A stretch of DNA of 64,000 nucleotides. Source: Myxococcota bacterium. GTDB taxonomy: Bacteria; Myxococcota_A; UBA796; CAJQPC01. Below are positions 59,251 through 64,000 of the stretch, in pieces. The stretch spans positions 1 to 64,000 of the forward strand of contig DASCPX010000211.1 of the NCBI GenBank assembly GCA_036012755.1, in the 5' to 3' direction. How positions within the stretch are numbered: the first letter of the stretch is position 1; the number at the start of each line of letters is the position of its first letter. The translations under genes were made by a program, and so were the position numbers. Below the pieces are notes generated by a model. It did not search any database. It was given only the letters and a program-made list of their open reading frames with translations, and had not been told where the DNA came from.

Positions 59251-59852
59251 TGTTGCTGCTGTTGGCCTGCGCCTCCGACGTCGTCGAGGAGGCCAGGACG
59301 GAACCGATCCTCTACGAGGCGCCGGGCGAGCTGTTGGCCGTCGGGCTCCTGACGCACGCGAAGATAATCAACGCCGACGCCGCCAAGCTCGAGGCCCAGC
59401 TCGATCGACAAGCGGTGGCTGAAGGACTCTGGCTCCAGGCCCGCATCCTCGACACTCTGCAGTCCCGTCCAGCCGACGAGGACGAGACGGTAGAGGCTCT
59501 CTCGGGCCTGAGCCTGACCCTGTGGGAGGTCATCCAGGAGTGGCCCAGCCTCGACGCTGACGGCGCGGGCCCCAAGGTGCCGACGGCCGCTGAGCGTCTC
59601 CTGGCCAACGGGCAGTTCGTCGCGGCGGGTCGGTCGCCGGTGGTGGCTCGCGCGCTGGAGGAGCTTCGTCGAGCCGTGCGGCGTCGCAGGGGAGTCGCCG
59701 AGGCCGCCGAGATGCTCGCATCCCGCGTGGTCGAGGCCCGGACGGAGGCCTTGCGCGCAGCAGCGGAGGTGTTCCGTTTCGCGCGGCCCAAGGAGTTCGA
59801 CGCCCTCGTCGAGGGGGGCGTGGTCAGTCGGTGGCTGGGGCTTCCACTTTGA
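59250..59852 (+). CDS. Helical lipoprotein, unknown function
   Basis: MLLLLAC start overlapping the upstream stop; fills the gap between two paralogs. Confidence 0.7.
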   Translation: MLLLLACASDVVEEARTEPILYEAPGELLAVGLLTHAKIINADAAKLEAQLDRQAVAEGLWLQARILDTLQSRPADEDETVEALSGLSLTLWEVIQEWPSLDADGAGPKVPTAAERLLANGQFVAAGRSPVVARALEELRRAVRRRRGVAEAAEMLASRVVEARTEALRAAAEVFRFARPKEFDALVEGGVVSRWLGLPL

Positions 59853-59857
59853 GGAGC

Positions 59858-61594
59858 ATGCTTCGGCGGCTCGTCGCCCCGGTCTTCTACCTCACGGCCA
59901 TCGTCGCCTTGACATGGCCGGTTCTTCGCGAGCCGACGGCGCGGATCATCGGTCACGACCAGAGCGGCGCCTGGCGCACCCTCTGGGCGCACTGGTGGAC
60001 CTTCGACCGGCTGCGGCGGGACGGGGCGTGGCCACTGGACGCACCGGAGATTGGCTTCCCGCGAGGCGGCGCCTTCTCCAGCATCGCGCCGGTCAACGAC
60101 GCCCTGTCGCTCCCCCTGCAGCCGCTGGTCGGACTCGTTGGCGCCTACAACGGCGTGGTGATCTTCCACTGGCTGCTCGCCTGCATGGGCGCCTTCCTCC
60201 TCGGGCGCGCCGCCGGTCTCAGCCGGTCTGGCGCGACCGTGACCGGCGTCGTCTTCGGTTTCAACAGCTTCCTGTTGACCTACGGCATCGGCTCGGCGGT
60301 CGTCGAGACGAGCACGCAGGGCTGGTTGGTGTGTTTTCTCGCCTCGATGGTGTGGCTGGTTCGCAAGCCGGGGGTCATCCCGGCGGTCGTCACCGGGCTC
60401 TTGTTCGCAGTCACGGCCCTGGCCAGCTTCTACTGGGCGCTGATCGCTGGGTTGCTCTCCCCGCTGCTCGCCTTCGTCTACCTCTGGGAGCATCGCTCGG
60501 ACCTGCGACCGCGGCTGATCTGGTCCGCAGCCTCCCTGGGCATCGCCGTGCTCGCCTTCACTCCACCGGTCCTCGTGCTCCTCGGCACCTACGAGGGGGG
60601 CGGGGCGCTCTTGCAGGACTACGCGCTTCGCAAGCAGGCACTGACCCGACCGGAGGTGATGACGGACCTCACCCACGACTTCGCCACGCTCCAGGGCTCG
60701 CTCCTGCCAGGGGCGGAGCAGCTCGCCGTGACGAAGGACATGGACCGGCTCTTCCAGAGCACCTACCTCGGCTGGGTCGCGCTGGGCCTTGGGTGGTTCG
60801 GTATGCGCTGGGGGCGGCTGCGGTGGGCAGCGATCGGTGGGATCGCGCTCGTGCTGAGCTTTGGGCCTTTCGTCTTCATCGCCGCTGACAGCTGGGCGGA
60901 GGATCCCATCTGGTGGTGGCAGTTGCTGCGAGATCTGGTCCCTCCGAGCCGGATGATCACCTCCTACGTGCGCTTCGCGGTCGTAGCCTTCGTGGGCCTG
61001 GCGGTGCTGGCTGGGGCTGGCGTAGACCGGCTGGGTCGCTTCCTGCCCGCACCCCTGGTCGCCGCCGTCGCTGCGCTGGCTGTGCTCGCCGAGCTGCACT
61101 TCGTGTCCCCCGTGCCGACTCCCATACCCAGCGCTGCCGCGCGCGTGCCCGAGGTCAGCAAGCGGCTGGCGGAGCTGCCCCTCGAGGGAGCAGTGCTCGA
61201 CTGGCCCCAGCGCTTCGAGGGCGAGATGGTGGAGCTGGCCCGGTACTTCTACTACCAGTCCGCCCACGGGCGCCCCATCCCCTACGACTTTGCTCCGACC
61301 AGCTACATGTCCGCGCCGATCGAGACCAACCCTTTCTTCCTCGAGCTCGAACGTCGTACCTACGGGGCGGACTACAAGTCGACGGCCCGCCTCGAGCTCG
61401 ACACCGTCCCGCTCGAGCGTGGTGTCCAGGACCTCGAGGCGATGGGCTTCGCCTACCTCGTCGTCCACATCCCGGAGGTGGCCCAGAGCCACCGAGCTGC
61501 GCTCATCGCCTGGCTCGACTCCTCGCTGCCGGTCGTCCTACGCCTGGACGACGCCGTCGTCTACGCCCTGGGGAGCACCAGCCGGAGCCCGTAG
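59858..61594 (+). CDS. Polytopic GT-C-like membrane protein, paralog 5
   Basis: GAGGAG RBS; TWPVL, LWAHWW, FPRGG, YLG, LSFGP, YVRF, GAVLDWP, YYQSAHGRPI. Confidence 0.85.
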   Translation: MLRRLVAPVFYLTAIVALTWPVLREPTARIIGHDQSGAWRTLWAHWWTFDRLRRDGAWPLDAPEIGFPRGGAFSSIAPVNDALSLPLQPLVGLVGAYNGVVIFHWLLACMGAFLLGRAAGLSRSGATVTGVVFGFNSFLLTYGIGSAVVETSTQGWLVCFLASMVWLVRKPGVIPAVVTGLLFAVTALASFYWALIAGLLSPLLAFVYLWEHRSDLRPRLIWSAASLGIAVLAFTPPVLVLLGTYEGGGALLQDYALRKQALTRPEVMTDLTHDFATLQGSLLPGAEQLAVTKDMDRLFQSTYLGWVALGLGWFGMRWGRLRWAAIGGIALVLSFGPFVFIAADSWAEDPIWWWQLLRDLVPPSRMITSYVRFAVVAFVGLAVLAGAGVDRLGRFLPAPLVAAVAALAVLAELHFVSPVPTPIPSAAARVPEVSKRLAELPLEGAVLDWPQRFEGEMVELARYFYYQSAHGRPIPYDFAPTSYMSAPIETNPFFLELERRTYGADYKSTARLELDTVPLERGVQDLEAMGFAYLVVHIPEVAQSHRAALIAWLDSSLPVVLRLDDAVVYALGSTSRSP

Positions 61595-62130
61595 CGGGTG
61601 CCTGCGCAGAGTCCGCCGACGCCGACGAGTCCGAGCGCACCCAGTACCAGCTCCGAGGGCTTCCAGGGGCGTGGCGTCGGCGACGTGAGCTCCACCTGCA
61701 CGCCGCGCCGTCGGGCGGCTTCCTCCAGGGAGATCTCGAACTCCAGCGGAGCAGCCTCGTCCAGCAACTCGTCGGCGGGGCCCAGCTGCTCCTCGCTGTC
61801 GACCTTCCAGCGGTTGCGCCCCTCGACGAGCTGCCTGGATGACTGGGAGAAGACGTCCCCGAGCGGGCTCGGGGCCCCCTCGAGCATCAGCACTTCGACA
61901 GCCTGAGCCTCCTCGAACTCGAGGTGGGCCACGTAGAGGTGGTCCCCGGCGAAGGCGTCAGGCGAGACCCCGTCGTCCAGCATCTGCAGGTCCACGTGGC
62001 TGTCCGACAGGAACACGGTGACGTAGGGCTGGTCGTGGCGACGGCCTGCCCGGTCGTCCAGGATCACGACGAACTCGACCTCGCCTGCGAGCGCAGGGCT
62101 GCTCGTCAGCAGTGCGAAGAGCGCTACCAG
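61561..62130 (-). CDS. Exported choice-of-anchor-X-like protein with C-terminal TM (probable CTG start)
   Basis: Signal-like LVALFALLTSSPALA upstream of GTG 62067; MLDDGVSPDAFAGDHLY; C-terminal LVLGALGLVGVGGL. Confidence 0.65.
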   Translation of the reverse strand: MVALFALLTSSPALAGEVEFVVILDDRAGRRHDQPYVTVFLSDSHVDLQMLDDGVSPDAFAGDHLYVAHLEFEEAQAVEVLMLEGAPSPLGDVFSQSSRQLVEGRNRWKVDSEEQLGPADELLDEAAPLEFEISLEEAARRRGVQVELTSPTPRPWKPSELVLGALGLVGVGGLCAGTRYGLRLVLPRA

Positions 62131-63944
62131 GTGCCGTCCGGACCACCGTAGGCGCCCATGTCGTTCTGGCTGCCGTCAGCGTCGTTGAAGGCGCTCGCGG
62201 GGCTGCCGGCGTCGACGGCGGGAGATCCGCCATCGAGGTGCAGATCGTCGTCGCTGGAGTCGTCGTCGTCGGTGAAGTTCACGAAGAGCGGATCCGCGGA
62301 GATGTTCCCGTCGGCACCGGTCGGGTTGCTCATGCCACCCCAGTCGTTCGGCGTGCCGCTGCGGGTGTCGCCGTACATGAACGAGGAGGTCTCGGTGCCG
62401 TCGGAGTTCCAGATCGGGCCGTCGTCGTTCTCGACCGCGATCGAGTTGATGATGTTCGCCGAGGAGCTGCCGCTCAGGTAGGTGCTGGAGTAGCCGTCGT
62501 TCCCCACCAGCGTCGTGTTCGTCAGGTAGAGCGTGCCGCCGGAGATGTCCAGCCCGGCCCCTCCGTAGATCCCGCCGTTGTCTTCGCTCGTGTTGTTGAT
62601 GAAGATCGAGTTGGTCGCGCTGAAGTCGCCGACCGATCCGAGGCCTCCGCCAGCGGCAGCACCGTTGGCATCGAAGATGCCCCAGTACTGGCTGAGGATG
62701 GCCCCCGTGTCAGCGAAGATCCCGCCGCCCGCGTCCGCGTAGTTGGTGTCCCAGGTGATTGTGTTCAGCTCGCAGTTGGCCCCGCGGAAGTAGGCGCCGC
62801 CGCCGTAGCTGTAGACGTAGACGTTCTTCGTGTCGGAGAGCTCGGTGTAGCTGTACTCGGGGAGCACGTTCCCCGTGACGAAGAGGTTGTCCAGGGTGGG
62901 ATCGGCCTTTTCGACGTAGATCCCGCCGCCGGTGTAGGTGATGGTCATCGTCGTGCAGGTCTCGGTGACGCTGCCGCCACAGTCGTAGGTGACCGTGTCG
63001 GTGTCCATGACGCCGCCGCCGCCGGTGATGGTGAAGCCGGTGAGCAAAGCGGCGGAGGACTCGCCGTTGGCGAAGGTGACGACCGGGGCCGTGCCGGTTC
63101 CGTTGATCGTCGTGTTCTCGTAGCCGTCGACGCCGATCACCTCGATGTCGCTGCCGTCGAAGCTGATGTTCTCCCAGTAGGTGCCGGGGTAGACGTGGAC
63201 GCAGACGTTGGCGATGTCGATGCCGTCCTGGATGGACACAAAGGGATCGTCCGCGGTGCCGCTTCCGATGATCCCCGTGTCCCAGGCGGTGTCGATACCG
63301 GTCTCCCAGCCGGTCTCCCAGCCCGTGTCGGTCCAGATGGCGCCGCCCTCTGAGACGATGACCGGCTCGCGCGCGTCGCTGTCGTCGCAGTCGAGGTCGT
63401 TGTCGACGTAGCCCGGCGTGTCCTCGCAGAAGAGGTCGGAGTCGTCGTGGTCGCCGAAGCCGTCACCGTCGTCGTCGGCGTAGTAGGTGCTGGTCTCGAG
63501 GTCGTTGTCGATGGTGCCGTCGCAGTCGTTGTCGAGGCCGTCGCAGAGCTCGGTCGCGCCCGGGTAGATCGTCGCGTCGGCGTCGTCGCAGTCTTCGCCC
63601 GCGTCGCTCGGCACGTAGCCATCGGGGCGCTCGCACGCCTCGATGGACTCGAGGGGGTCACCGAATCCGTCGCCGTCGGCGTCTCGGTAGAAGGTATCCA
63701 TCACGCCCTCGTCGACCTCGCTGTCGCAGTCGTTGTCGACGCCGTCGCAGACTTCCGTCGCGTCGGGGTTGATGGTCGAGTCCTCTGGGGCGCAGTCTTC
63801 GTTATCCTTCCAGCCGTCACCGTCGGCGTCGTCGTCGATGATCCCGCCGGAGTCCTCGATTGAGTCGGGCATTGGCTCCCCGGACTTGTTGCAGCCGGAC
63901 AGCGCCAGGAGGGCCGAGCCGAATGTGAGCGTGAGGCAAGACAT
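62124..63944 (-). CDS. Lipoprotein with MopE-type metal-binding repeats and a pectin-lyase-like beta-helix
   Basis: LALSGC; ATEVCDGVDNDCD and ATELCDGLDNDCDG; GTADDPFVSIQDGID, PGTYWENI, GGGIY repeats, SPAVDAG..NDMGAYGG. Confidence 0.9.
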   Translation of the reverse strand: MSCLTLTFGSALLALSGCNKSGEPMPDSIEDSGGIIDDDADGDGWKDNEDCAPEDSTINPDATEVCDGVDNDCDSEVDEGVMDTFYRDADGDGFGDPLESIEACERPDGYVPSDAGEDCDDADATIYPGATELCDGLDNDCDGTIDNDLETSTYYADDDGDGFGDHDDSDLFCEDTPGYVDNDLDCDDSDAREPVIVSEGGAIWTDTGWETGWETGIDTAWDTGIIGSGTADDPFVSIQDGIDIANVCVHVYPGTYWENISFDGSDIEVIGVDGYENTTINGTGTAPVVTFANGESSAALLTGFTITGGGGVMDTDTVTYDCGGSVTETCTTMTITYTGGGIYVEKADPTLDNLFVTGNVLPEYSYTELSDTKNVYVYSYGGGAYFRGANCELNTITWDTNYADAGGGIFADTGAILSQYWGIFDANGAAAGGGLGSVGDFSATNSIFINNTSEDNGGIYGGAGLDISGGTLYLTNTTLVGNDGYSSTYLSGSSSANIINSIAVENDDGPIWNSDGTETSSFMYGDTRSGTPNDWGGMSNPTGADGNISADPLFVNFTDDDDSSDDDLHLDGGSPAVDAGSPASAFNDADGSQNDMGAYGGPDGTW

Positions 63945-64000
63945 GTGCTGATCCGATGCGCGGGGACGAAGACTACGGATATTCGCAAGGTGAGGGAGGG

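Overview
High-GC chromosomal window (roughly 70% by eye). MYXO-CTERM tails, MopE-type metal-binding repeats, a VKOR-DsbA fusion, TsaP-DprA and a deltaproteobacterial-type 6S RNA point to a Myxococcota-like organism. In order: the end of a MYXO-CTERM surface protein; three orphan Tad pseudopilins; smpB-VKOR/DsbA-prmA-rsmE (minus); a dcw cluster from mraZ to ftsZ that lacks murG and ftsA and has a degenerate murB; secreted proteins around ssrS; a GT2/GT87-like/LarA-like trio; pal-cpoB; rimP-nusA-ylxR-infB-DUF503; SPOR, cupin, tsaP, dprA, smg-like, an inverted topA, xerC, a J-TPR protein, purA, tRNA-Lys and tRNA-Glu; then about 18 kb of unknown envelope genes (five paralogous GT-C-like membrane proteins, paired Cys-rich lipoproteins, a Gly/Gln-repeat lipoprotein, choice-of-anchor-X-like proteins). 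The main unexplained signals are: (1) a 474-bp ftsI-murE spacer that is block-wise complementary to the CAG-rich initiation regions of both ftsL and ftsQ and is GGA-hairpin-rich on the other strand; (2) two 204-bp structured elements bounded by CTAG and sitting exactly on stop codons; (3) a 16-bp motif shared upstream of pal-cpoB, the SPOR gene and ftsQZ; (4) the GT-C-like/lipoprotein locus; (5) ultra-short uncharged signal peptides and probable CTG starts. All calls come from reading the sequence by eye, with no searches run. Several starts were shortened relative to the ORF track.
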